NCBI RefSeq assembly: GCF_052425735.1
Contig: NC_135770.1
Coordinates: forward strand, 620,001-684,000
Origin: Oculina patagonica
Taxonomy: Eukaryota
Direction of reading: 5' to 3'
DNA length: 64,000 nucleotides
The notes below the pieces were generated by a model. That model had not been told where the DNA came from, ran no database searches, and saw only the letters and a list, made by a program, of their open reading frames with translations. A program made the position numbers and the translations under genes. This document shows, one piece after another, positions 12,001 to 22,605 of this stretch (position 1 is its first letter; every line of letters begins with the position of its first letter).

Positions 12001-15000
12001 CATGACAGATCTCTTGACCCAAAAAAATACAGAGGGTGTAAATTTTCAACCCAAAAAAATATGTCAGACCTCCCCGTCATGTATACTGCAAGTACCCCCC
12101 CCCCCCTGGGTTACAACCTTTGGTGGATATATTGCCAGGGTAATATTGCATCCAGGGAGAGTAGAAAATACTGCTGCCATTTTGATGAAATGAAAACCGA
12201 AGTGAAGGGCAAGCCTGTTGAGCCACTAGGCTAACAAATCTCCATTAGGTTAAAAAATCTTAAAACAGTTGAACCACCACTAACGCTGACTTTCTATAAC
12301 AGCACGTCCTTACTGCAACAGCCCAGATTTTTCATCCTGATTGCGGGCCAATCCACACACTTTACTCTCATTGAAACCTCCCCGCAATGGCCACCTTTCT
12401 CTAATGGCCAGTTAATTCTGCCCCAGGGTTAACCCCAGTTAACTCTGCCACAGCAGAGAGGTTCAACTGTAAATTGTCTGTTTTAAGAGGCATCCGAATG
12501 CACTTACGAGATAGGTCCATGACAAAGAATGGAACCTGTGCTCTTTGAACCTGAAAGGTAAGAACATGACAAATTACCATGGACAATACAATGCAATTAT
12601 TAATTCCAAAACTAATATTTTGTAATTATTTTATATTATAAAGAATAATTCTTTATTATAACAATAAAGTTAACGTTTTGGGAAAGGGGAGAAAGGAAGG
12701 GGGACTGGAAAACATTATATTATGATTCACAACAGAAATCAGATTGCTTGCATGTTTTGTCAAAATCATGCCTACAATAAACATTAATCCTTTTCCCAAT
12801 TAATGCTTATGAATCTATTCAGAATGCAATTGTTGTCTGAAAAAGTTGATGGCTACAATAACCTAATATAAGCATCCAGCCCATTATCTAGTCTCCTTTA
12901 CAGCCTGTTCATTGGTTCATCACCCAACACTTCCCCCTACTAATAGCTGCTTCAACCAGAACTGCAGTCTTTTCCGGATCCTCTTGACGAGGTCAATGAT
13001 TTGTTGGCGCGATTTCCAGTTCTAATAAATGACATTGGAGTCCTGATTGGCTATACGCTTCCAGGAAGGCATGTTGTTCAGGTTGAAGCAGAGAATAGTT
13101 ACAGTAGGTGGCATTGTGTGATAACTAAACACAAATAATGTCTTTGAAGGAGAAAAGCTACATATTGCCCAGAAAAAGCTAAATAACATACCTCTTAGAA
13201 GCTGCTTGTACTGGTTAACCATCAGTCTGTAATATCCCTCAATCAGCGTGATTAGGGAATCAGCCTCTTGTGTAGAACTGGCTGTCAGTGTCTGCAAACC
13301 ACAAATATACATGTAAATTCTCAAGGTGAATCGCGTGGATAGAGTATTAAGACCTTTGGCAGTTAAGGGTACACAGAGAATAGCCCACTAAAATAATAGC
13401 AGAGAAATTAACTAATGTAAGTTGCTGCATATGATTGCAAAGCTATAGCTTGCCTCCACTGGCTTCAATCAATCAATCCATCAATTAAATATCAATCAAT
13501 CAATCAATCAATCAGTCAATCAATCAATCAGTCAAAACTTTATTTTTCTAGGGTGACACGTAATAGGTTTTCAACAAATATAAAACACTGTCTTCTTCAT
13601 TTTACTCTTCAAATGAACACAAGATACTACAAAATGCTAAATACAAGTTGAGTGATAAAAACAGGATTATAACCATGACGTTTTGTACCTCTGGCTTAAA
13701 CTCTTTTCGGAAGATTGTGACAATGTTTCTCATGCGGTCAAATTCCAATGCTTCAACATCTGAGAACTTTTCCACTATAATCTCAGGAAGCTACAGTAAA
13801 AGTAAAAGATAAACCAAAATTAAAACCGAATATTAATCACTATGCCATCACAATCTTTCTGCTACTAATTAACCATCGAAAGAGTTGGGGGTAGGCTTTT
13901 GTACATTATGCTTTTCTTTCCCCACTAAAATGCTCCACCTTAATGCTCCATTTTTCCCACTAAAATGCTCGGTCTCCCCCAAAAAAGTCACTAAAATGTT
14001 CGGATAATGCTCATTATACAAACAGTTTTTAACATGGCGTTAACTGTTTACACTTACAAAAACGTACAAGTGTTGCTGTGCAAGTAACAACAACAACGTA
14101 TACAAGTTTAGAAATAGAGCCAAAAAAATCATAATCCTCAAAATCATCTTCGAGGCTAAGTACAGAAAGTAGTTGACTATCTCTAGAAAGCTATTTGTAG
14201 TTGAATTTTAAGTTTTAGTCTTCATTTTCTCTAAAAAAAATAATTTCTTTTTTATTTTCTCGGGAAAAAAATCAATTTTCCGGGAAAATGCCACTAAAAT
14301 GCTCGAATAATGCTCAATGCTTTTGCCTTACTAAAATGCTCGAAAAATGCTAGCATAATGTACAAAAGCCTAGTTGGGGGTGTCCAGTGGCCCAGCTTCA
14401 AGCCCTGGCTAGGGACATTGAGTTGTGTTCTTGCAATTGGGTAAGACACTTAGCTTATAGTGCCACTCATAGTGCCTGTCTCCAGCCAGGTGTATAAATG
14501 GTTACTGGTGAACTAATACTGGGGGTTAACCCTGCGATGGACTAGCATCACATCCAGTGGGGAGTAGAAATACTCCTAGTTGCTTATGCTACAGAAACCA
14601 GGATAAGCTCTGGCTTGTATTGGCCACTAGGCTCATTGCAGACTTGACCTTACCTATAGCAATAGGGTGTTAATATTGGATAACAGCACCCGTTGTGGAG
14701 GGGAGCAGGTAGATGGGAGCCTGGGAGAATAGGCGGAGGGGTCGGGAAGTGGGAGAAGAGAGTGTGGCAAGTGGCATTCCCAAGGTGGCGGCAATCAGGA
14801 GAAATTGAAAAAAACTTTGCAGCATTTTGTAATATTTTGCAATGGAAATAGCACATTCAAATGTGTAACCACTAAGGTACATTACATCTCCGCGCCGGTT
14901 TAAATGTGTCTTTCTGAAATGGGCAATACCGCTGGAAATTGTAGCCTGAAGGCTCCATTTATTCCTTTGGGTATAAGTTTCGGCAGCCACCGAAAACGTG

Positions 15001-17699
15001 TCGCACAACTTCGGTTTTATTCGTTTCTAAAAAGGTGAGATATTTTGGAAGAAGCCGCCCAAGTGACTTCAAAAGACGGAACAATAGCGCAATTAACCTA
15101 CCTTGAGCGAACGGAGTTGTGAACGTATCCTTTTGTTCTTGAAGTGTGATTGAACGTCTGATAACCACTGCAGACATTTTGTAGATTTAAGTTTTTCGCA
15201 CTGTATGTTTAGCTTTTATCTTTATATATTAGTAAAGAGCGTGTTGAGAGCTTTAAAAAGAGATCTTGAACGAGTTGTTTTGATCGTTGGAGGCGAAATT
15301 AGTTTTGTTTCCTCCGAGCGCGGAGCGGCGGTCTCAGTTTACAGAGTTAATTATGCGTAACCCTGCAGGTAGCCACATTCCGACGCGTGTTTTATGCCCA
15401 GTAAATCTCTTCGTTTTGTTGCTGAAATTTTATTCCAGCTTTCTAAGTGCACATAAAGCGATATATTAATCGAGGATTCACTTTAGTTTAGTTTAACAAA
15501 GCAATAAGCTACCGTAAGTGAGTGCTTTGTTTTTGTAACCTGCCATGTTTTATTTGTCAAAGAGATTTGATATTTTGATTTTTCCGCACAACAAAGCGAA
15601 TGAAACCTTGATTTATAATATTGTGAACACGGGGAACTCTATTTAAGCTTTATTTACCTAGCCTTCGGTGACGATTTAAGAAATGTTGAATGTGAAACCG
15701 TGCTACGGGCGAAGTCGAAGTCGCGTTTCAACACTTTCCTGGCTTTGTTTATTAGCTTACACGTGGCAAACCCGGCCGGCACAATAACATCGCTTTTCAA
15801 TTATTTCCTTGAAAAAAAATATCTCAGAAACCAAGGCAAGTTTATAATGATTAAAGAGTTCTGTTTTATTTCTAAGTGGTATTTCTTTTTAAACGATATT
15901 TCACTTTGGTTGCATCGAAGATATTTACATGCGGTTAACAGAAAGTCAGAAATTATACCGGAGCTTGCTTTACGCTCGTACGTCCACTCCCGGCACTGGC
16001 TTTAAAAAAGTTTGCGGTTTTTAAGTTAATCAATCATTTCACGCATTAAACGACGCATAGAAAATAAAATCAGTGAAGCAGATTCCCAGGAGATTTTATT
16101 CAGTCTGTTAACAAAAGAAATACATCTCACCTACATCAAAGACGTTGCGCTTTTCACGATCTTCGGAGGCATGCCGGCTTGTCGGCAAATAGATCGGAAT
16201 GAATAAGCAATGAGTTAAAACAATAGCTTGAATATATGAATGCTTAATAACCTCAAAATTTGAGGTACACATTTAAACCGGCGCGGAGATGTAATGAGGA
16301 GCAGGAACCTAGAGTAAAAGGTACCAGAAGCAAATGCAGAGCACCCAGTTGGGCCATTGGTAGAAATGGGGTGGAGCCCTGGGTGGGGCATAGACTGTTG
16401 GTCTGTTTCTGACTGACTGACTACATGTCTCAATGCCCTCCACAAGCTTTCATAACTACGACTGAAAACACTGGGCAATCAGTGCTCAAGCTTGTTGTTT
16501 CAGTCATTTTATACAAAGAGTGGTTCTCTGCAGGACACTTTATTCTTCTGGTTTGTAGGCATGACATTCATACGTACTACATGTACATGTGTTTTGGATC
16601 AGAAATTATATGCAGGGCCCTGGAATTTGTTTTGGTTTGTTGATGTGTTTGCGTAGGCTCAATTACCAGTTGCTGTTAGTGAGCCTACAAAGAGTGGACT
16701 CAAAAGAGTGGTGCAAATTGACCATTATGATAGTGTAGCAAAAAGTTCAAATAAATGCAGTCTCTCATGACACATTCATGATATCCTATTGAGAATTGTT
16801 TCCCCAAAATGTACTTCCAGGTTCCTGCCACCTGCCTTCTTCATGCCACTCAATTGTGAGTGTGACTAACATGTATCAGTGAGTGTCAGGGTAATTAAAC
16901 CCAATGCATTGATGCCAATTAGCAAGTAAATGGGAAAATATTTATTATAACTTTTAATTAACTTAATAATTTATCTTAAACTTACACTGTTCTCCACGTC
17001 TGTTCTTTTCTTCTTGATTCCAAATTCTGCACTGATAAGAACCTGAAACTTTCTGCTCACTTGGCCATAAACCTAGTTAAAAAACAGCAAGCTGTAATAC
17101 AAATAAAGGAACCCAACCCGTCTTTGACTAATATTTTTCCGATATTGACTTCATGTTAGTTCAATAACATCCACTTATTCCACAACTTACATCAGCTAAG
17201 ATGACAAATAAAAAAACAAAAACAATCACTCAGGATGCCTTATGTCCAGCCTAATATTTTCTAGGTATAAAATGGCTAATTTAAGTTTCTACTGAGGTTT
17301 TTTTTCCAATCATAAAATAGTGTCGTGGAGAATGTAATTTATCCCTCAGCCTTTTCTGTATACTTGTACAAGTCATGCACCATGTTATACTTGATCTGTA
17401 GAACTTAAAGACCAATATTCTCCCCGTACAGTCCTTAAGCTTGGTTAATAAGACGGGGAGCAGGGATGGCGCAGTGGTGAGAGCACTCGCTTCCCACCAA
17501 TGTGGCCCCGGTTTGATTCTGGCCCAGAACCATATGTGGGTTGAGTTTGTTGTTGGTTCTCATTCTTGCTCCGAGGGTTTTTCTCCGGGTTATCCGGTTT
17601 TCCTCCCTCCACAAAAACCAATACTTCCAAATTCCAACTCAATCTGGAATCAGCGGGATCAAGAAGAGCCACTTAGTGGAAGATCCCACTGGAAATTCC

Positions 17700-17740
<41 letters not shown>

Positions 17741-20700
17741 TTATTATTATTATTATTAAAATAAAATTATTTATTTAAATATAATTTGCATACAAACCTT
17801 TTCAAAAGAAAACTTGTGCACAAAGAAATCTTCAGCTCTTTCCAAGGAACTGATATACTGTGATTTAATCTGATCATCTTTTATATTCTCATGCTTTTCA
17901 AGATTTTCGTTAAGAAATGACTTTGTTTCATCAAGAGAATATTCTGCAAATATTCCTCTTTGAAATAGCTTTCTGATGCCATGACGTCCCCTGCAAAATA
18001 AAAATTTGAGAATAGCTAATTAATGATCTAAACCCTGACTATTAATCAGTTGTGGTCCTCTCAATTTCAAAGTACAGTTACTCTCGCATAGCGGACACGC
18101 CGGGGTCATTGGGTGTCCGTAAGCAGTCCCAAGCGGAGCATTCAAGTCAAACCCTTTGTCGGGGATCTGGATTTTGTCCGTAATAGCAAGTGTTCGCAAT
18201 AGCAGGGTGTCCGCAAGGCGAGGGTTGACTGTAATAAATTCATTAAATAGAAATTTCATTTTAATTTATTTACATTTGAAGGGCTCGGTGACAAAAGAAC
18301 TCCAAATTTTGCGTGCCAGTTTGTTGACATTGTGTTCAACATATTGTACTATATTTATTTTCTCTGGCTTCTGTTTCTTTTCCCAGAGAAAATGTATGAA
18401 AATAACTTGGTTTTTCCAGCCAGAGTCTTTAGGAATTTCTTTGTTTGAGCGCAACAAAGGAACTCCAAAAGACTGGCATGGACAAACCGGGTGTTTTGCA
18501 TTCATTTACTTCTCGAAAATGAAGCAAAACCCAGCGGAAATAAAAGCAGGACAATATTTTGCTGACATAAACAAACCTACATGTGAAATTAGGAGTTGTT
18601 TCTGTGATGTTCAAATCACAGCCGCCCTTTTTGCACTGATCTCTTCAATTTATTATTTAAACAATATTACATTTTTAAAACATTACCAGTCACCATTTAA
18701 ACAAATCTAATTAAAATAAAACTTACTGAATCTTTAAAGCTATCCAAGTTATTTATTTATAGTACTTACGGGTTATTAATAACATCTTTGGGGGGTACAT
18801 TCCTTTTTCTTGCCAGATAGATGGTTTCAAAAAGGACCAGTTGTGCCAGATGGTTTTGGTTGTTCTCGCTAAATTCACCAATTTTTCCAGACAAGAAGTC
18901 TTGACGACACTGGAAAGTTAATTAAACAACAACTTACAGTAATATTCTTGCTTAATCCAGCTACTATAAGGCAAGGTCTGTGTTTGAGCCTAGTGGTCCC
19001 TAGAGTGAGTACTGGGGGTGCTTAACTCTGGTTTGTCTAGCATGGAGTGACAAAGGCATATTTTCCCCCACCCATGATGGGATTCTTGTTGATCGCAGGG
19101 TTACCCCCCGAACTGTTAATTTTGTGGTAAACATTTTTAAAAATGCTTTGGTGGAGAGTGAGGCACTATGAACAAGTGTCTTGTTCAAGATTACAACGTG
19201 ATGACCCCACCAAGACACAATCCTTAAAACTGCTCAATAGCTGTTATTGCAGTGGAGCCTGCGATAATTCTTTTGTTAAGTACTGTAGGTATGCAAACAA
19301 GGCGAGAGGGTCAACACATGGGTCAACACAACGCAGAATGGCCCTTTGGCCTTGTTTGTATGTCAAACCGCTGAGAACTGCAAAAATGTATTGATAACAG
19401 CACTGACTATAGGAGTCCATTGCCTCTCTTAACATTACATGAAAGCCCCTTAAAAGAGCCATGATAATGAATAAGACACAAACCTGATGGAAGTAATAGG
19501 CAAATGCTATTTTATCAAAATCTCTGAGCTCCAAGCCATGACAAGCTTTAATGCAGAGTTTGAATGCGTACACTTGACTGCAATCCACCTCACTGAGAAC
19601 CTTGTTTGGGTTCAGAATACAACTGCCATCTTCAGACACCAAGGTGAAAAAATCCAAGCCAACTGGAGAAATGTTGACTTTTAAAGCTGCTTCAGTGCAG
19701 ACATCCTGTAAGGATGGATAGTACAACACATTCAGATTGAGGTAATAAAATAAATATAACAGGACCCAAATTTTTAATCTGTCTGGATGAAAAATGGAAA
19801 ATTAAGTTTAACTTTCAGTTTTGAACTAGGTAATGAACGTTTATTCGTTTGTCTCACAATAGAGTCGCTTTGAGATGTTGATCGCGACGTTTCGACTGCA
19901 ATACTGCTAGTCCTCATCAGGCGATGAGGTCGATTGTTTACGCGTCGCTATTTATGCACGTTGGTTTGCTGTGATTGGTGCATTTTGATCCTCATTATTA
20001 TTCCGACTAACAGATGGTGTTCCCTCATAGGTCCGCTTTGTAGTGGAACGGCTGTTATGCTTTCTGATCGTAGGTATCCATGCTTCAGGAATTTCAATTC
20101 CGCTATCTATATTGATGTTATTAGAATGAAGTCTTTTTTGGATAGCCTCTTTGACCCTGCGTGTGTATCGGTGAGGGTCACGATCGATAAACTTGACTTC
20201 ATTCCATAAAGGAATATGCCCCGTTTCGTTTGCGTGCTCCGAAACTGCGGAGTTTTGTGTATGAGCAAGCCTTATGCCTCTGTCTCTGTTATGTCTCTAG
20301 TGGGCCTTCTGACCCTGGCCTTGTTGTTCAACTTAGGATAGACAAAAATGGAATATACACCAGACAAATCACTATCCAGTGAACAGCACATTCTTTGTTG
20401 ACAACACTTATCTGCTGGATAGCAATTTATCCAATGGATAGCATTATCCAGAGGGTTTATTATACTCTGACTGTTTGGCGGTTTAATTAAGCCAATTTTG
20501 AGTGTCATATTTATCTGGCGGTTTACGGTCAAGAAATTATGGTGGTTTCGCTCTTAAGGAGAAAACAAAATTGAACCTTTTTGTGGTCTAGAAAGAAGAA
20601 AATATAGCGGTTTGCAGAATGCATGACCCCCTAGATTATAGACCCTCTATCCAATCTTTGAAGAACCAGGTCCAGCAGTACTTATATCCCTGGAGGTATT

Positions 20701-22605
20701 GCTAACAGTCTATTGCAAGATGTTCCTACACCCCACTCCACCATAATATATATGAATACAAGTAACCCAAAATAAGAATAACATTGTAAATTTGAAGCCT
20801 TGTTTACTTTGCTAGGTAATATAATAGTTTTCTTGACTAGCTTTTCACATGCACAAATTGAAAGCATGTTTAAATAACTTCCAATAATATTGTGAATGCA
20901 TGGTATGCATTCTACAATGTAGCACATACCCAACTGAAAGTTTACATTTAAGAATTACCCTAAGAGCCAATGAGCCATAATATAGTCTGAACCTTAACGT
21001 TTGGCAAGTTTTAATTTTTTTCTCATTTCTAAGAATTTCTTTTGATTGACACATGTAAGTCACGTGATATCACTTATTAATAAGAGCTTTTCTAGGAAAA
21101 GACAGGTGACACCTGAGATTTTTTTGGCAAACATTTACTCAATACCCCCTCTAAGCTCTGTCTATGTAGATGCTACCTATTGCCTGTATGCAGGGATGGT
21201 CATTCATCATCGGTTCTATTAGCATTTCTAGGAACCCGAATAAAGCCACTATGATTATTAATTCGTTTTTCCGGGAATTAATTAATGATGCAAATCTATT
21301 GTTAAGGCCATCATAACATGACCTCTTATTCACTTAAGTCATTGACTGCCAAGTCATCTTGACTAGCCTGATGAGAAAAATGCTAGACAGTTTCTATTAG
21401 AGTTACAGTTCATGAAAACTTACTAGATTTACACTTTATAGTTTCTTAAGTTTGTTACTGGTAAAACTAAATTTATAAAAAGAACACATTAGAGACTTAG
21501 ATAATGAGCAGCTCTTACATAGATGGGAGCTCACTATTTATTTTCAACAAACGATCACTTTCGAAGCATTTGCTAAGGTTTTTGGTCTCAAGCATACCCT
21601 TCATTATTATATACACAAAGAGGTTTCCTAGAATTGCACTCTCATGTTGTTCCAAGAAGTAACTTTATCACTCATCTTTCAAGCAAAGTTTCAAGTTATG
21701 AAACTAAATAACATACCCTGGGGATTGAAAAAATATATCTTAACAACACTAAAACACGAAAATATAATGACTGATCCATATGACATTATTGTATAGTGCT
21801 TTGGTATTCATGTTTTGATACATACTTTGTTCAAGCTATATATGTTGCTTTACTGTTAAAAACCCCACAAGAAAAAGATCAGTAAATAAGATAAGAATTG
21901 CAGAGAACACAACTCCAATGCGAACTAACTAAAGATAAACAATAACTAGCTTTACCGCTTGTCAAAATCTTTCATATGAAAAAGTTAGTCCATGCGAACT
22001 GTGCCCCTACCGCTGTCTTTGATTGATTAATAACACACAAACGTAAATTAAAGCTAACAATTGCAAATAAAACACTAAAAATACCTAAAACGTCACAAAC
22101 TCAAACACAAACTTTTTCTTTACTAGCTAGCTGGTACAAGAAACTTCCATCACACAGAAGACAGCATGTTGTTTAGCGCTAGAAATGCGGGGTTTCGAAG
22201 GCAATATATCTTTCAATTCTCAGGCAATATATCTTTCAATTCTCAGAAATTTATAACGTGAACATGAATTATAGACACGTACACTTAGTAAGTTGACGAA
22301 TTTATGTGTTATATAAAGACGTAAACTCTTACTACTCATGAAATAGATTCGGGCGAAACAGCGACTGATTGTGAACTAAAACGAAACCTAAAAAGCGCCA
22401 TTTCTATTTTGTAGAAAGCAAAAATGCAACTCACCCTAACGCTCAAGTTAGGACGGTAGACGAATTTCAAGACTTCGTCGGTTGATGCAAAAACAACTGT
22501 ACCACTTCCGTCTTTTGAGAAAGACGATCGAGTCCAAGGCCATTTTCTGTTCGTACACGCTTCTCTTACACGTCTCCAAACTCCGGGACCGCCATTAACA
22601 CCCAT
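22..22605 (-). CDS. JAK: Janus kinase (JAK)-like protein: FERM + SH2 + JH2-type pseudokinase; 3'-incomplete (continues past the left edge)
   Basis: 20 GT-AG exons with compatible phases give about 793 uninterrupted codons: 22605-22435, 19705-19484, 18909-18770, 17990-17798, 17072-16986, 13790-13689, 13291-13192, 12550-12508, 11338-11101, 7896-7848, 7356-7235, 6782-6678, 6003-5846, 5471-5387, 5037-4901, 3870-3720, 3119-3076, 2796-2736, 2147-2096, 140(or 146)-22. JAK-typical motifs: YYFHQCRQDFLSGKI, KSQYISSLE and EADSLITLIEGYYRL (FERM); CHGPIS...GSFLLR...DGL (SH2); GEFGEV, FKEAM, EFAAEGPLDQYIK, HGRLNAHN, KISDFG and SDIWSFGVTLWEM (kinase fold). Confidence 0.9.
422..1870 (-). mobile_element. 3' end of an L2/CR1-type LINE, interrupted by a MITE
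   Basis: The minus strand at about 1715-1805 reads EGFFFIRATRLWNTLPNFLKKSESLHCFKN, matching the WNxLP...SL..FK C-terminal LINE motif. A (TTGAA)n-type tail lies at 422-443. Confidence 0.6.
576..1633. mobile_element. Non-autonomous DNA transposon with long (~140 bp) terminal inverted repeats
   Basis: CACTCCTTCTTATTAAAGCGTGAACAC...TCGGTCACGG (576-~705) is the reverse complement of ~1509-1633. Both ends are flanked by TA. Confidence 0.85.
4466..4846. mobile_element. Kolobok-like MITE (TTAA TSD)
   Basis: TTAA|AGGGGCTAGGTCACG ... CGTGACATAGCCCCT|TTAA. Confidence 0.8.
6148..6521. mobile_element. Kolobok-like MITE, same family as 4466-4846, opposite orientation
   Basis: Starts TTAA|AGAGGCTATGTCACGCAATTTTAGGC. 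Its internal sequence is reverse-complementary to the 4466-4846 copy. Confidence 0.75.
6890..7175. mobile_element. MITE family TAGAGCAGTTTTCA...TGAAAACTGCTCTA (copy 1)
   Basis: Short TIRs. Near-identical copies at 33440-33723 and 38162-38428. Confidence 0.75.
8034..8422. mobile_element. Kolobok-like MITE (TTAA TSD)
   Basis: TTAA|AGGGACAGTTTCAC ... GTGACACTGTCCCT|TTAA. Confidence 0.75.
8690..11077 (+). mobile_element. 5'-truncated non-LTR retrotransposon (L1/Tx1 clade), antisense within JAK intron 9
   Basis: 15-bp TSD ATCAATAAACATAGT at 8675-8689 and 11078-11092. AATAAA at 11050-11055 and an A-tail at 11068-11078. T-rich 3' UTR. The RT reading frame is open from the 5' junction. Confidence 0.93.
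8740..10761 (+). CDS. LINE ORF2 fragment: reverse transcriptase plus C-terminal zinc-knuckle (zf-RVT)
   Basis: Motifs IDFEKAFDSL, GVRQGDPLSPYLF, FADD, KILGI and CTFCGEEEETPEHLFALC. No stops. The endonuclease domain is absent because of 5' truncation. Confidence 0.9.
   Translation: MSYTKVNDLSGLLVAIDFEKAFDSLDWAFLNKALLAFNFGESFIKWVSTFYCNIKSCVTNNGFSSVHFDVKRGVRQGDPLSPYLFIIALEILAINIRSSKNIKGFKLSDNEEIKLTIFADDLTTFLKDKQSFENLLIMLRDFGCCSGLKVNNGKLEALHLGDSSIKLDIGIKNMDKPLKILGIFFSYDKKQAVKLNFDSILDSLKKTLNLWKWRHLTILGRIQIIKSFAIPKFLYRASQLPFPDDVIKRANTIIYEFIWKGKDKVKRRALINNIENGGLRMIHLESLIQAQKISFLKRYSDPEDGAEWKHVLNFFLQPVGGPYLLTCNFDSSSLKIAIPPFYNECLTLWSKLNGSMPETSDEILNEIIWNNKHICINNKSCFISELMDIGINKIGDIIKLDGTCKFLTWNDLHNKGLKMKNFLLWQGLIDAIPVKWKQAIKSTTGPYILNSDSNESTLTINSVKVPTSKVNSKKLYASLVSRVCEKPTAQRKFDEMFPDPKRDWSKIYSLPFQVALDAHTREFQYKVVNRILFTNSKLCKFGLVESPLCTFCGEEEETPEHLFALCSYSSAFWNEISNWLQQCVTGISVDLSEVVNVILGLPDLEEHFMAVNHIVLVAKQTIVLCRKRSTNPSLNVFHALLRKTIKIEEFIAKQKNKLHLHLVKWENFLDKLI
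11680..12235 (+). mobile_element. Degenerate SINE (same family as 14381-14650), split by a MITE
   Basis: GGTTCAATCCC...CACTGTGTTGTGTCCTTGGACAAGAC lies before the MITE and CATCCAGGGAGAGTAGAAAATACT...GAAAACCG after it. Confidence 0.55.
11794..12110. mobile_element. MITE with CCC(A/G)GGGGGGTACT termini
   Basis: TIR CCCAGGGGGGTACTTGCAGTATACATGAC / GTCATGTATACTGCAAGTACCCCC..CTGGG. Direct repeat TTACAACC at 11786-11793 and 12111-12118. Confidence 0.8.
13892..14372. mobile_element. hAT-like MITE
   Basis: TIR TAGGCTTTTGTACATTATGC. 8-bp TSD GTTGGGGG at 13884-13891 and 14373-14380. Subterminal CTAAAATGCTC repeats. Confidence 0.85.
14381..14650 (+). mobile_element. SINE (tRNA-derived, conserved core)
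   Basis: GTTGTGTTCTTG...AAGACACTT...CCAGGTGTATAAATGG...CCTGCGATGGACTAGCATC...GGAGTAGAAATACTCC. Related fragments at ~5710-5815 and ~19000-19215 (minus strand). Confidence 0.65.
14880..16296. mobile_element. 1.4-kb non-autonomous TIR element with CAT...ATG termini
   Basis: Perfect ~30-bp TIR CATTACATCTCCGCGCCGGTTTAAATGTGT at both ends. CpG-rich interior. No clear TSD. Confidence 0.75.
17455..17759 (+). mobile_element. tRNA-derived SINE with (ATT)n tail
   Basis: A-box-like TGGCGCAGTGG, B-box-like GGTTTGATTCT, body ATGTGGGTTGAGTTTGTTGTTGGTTCTC...TTTTCCTCCCTCC, and an (ATT)n microsatellite at 17701-17759. Confidence 0.85.
18075..18231. mobile_element. Tc1/mariner-type MITE (TA|CAGT...ACTG|TA)
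   Basis: TA|CAGTTACTCTCGCATAGCGGACAC ... GTGTCCGCAAGGCGAGGGTTGACTG|TA. Confidence 0.65.
19840..20271 (-). mobile_element. Penelope-like element 3' fragment (GIY-YIG endonuclease C-terminus plus hammerhead)
   Basis: The minus strand at ~20271-19953 reads LAHTQNSAVSEHANETGHIPLWNEVKFIDRDPHRYTRRVKEAIQKRLHSNNINIDSGIEIPEAWIP..., followed by a hammerhead core. Confidence 0.85.
19881..19925 (-). ncRNA. Minimal type I hammerhead ribozyme (PLE-associated)
   Basis: ATCGC-CTGATGAG-GAC(loop)GTC-GAAAC-GTC-GCGAT: stem I ATCGC/GCGAT, stem II GAC/GTC, palindromic ACGT stem III. Confidence 0.75.

Noticed and set aside
17441-17764. tRNA gene, or ORFs with poly-Leu/poly-Tyr tails
   Set aside because: This is a tRNA-derived SINE head plus an (ATT)n microsatellite, with no complete cloverleaf.
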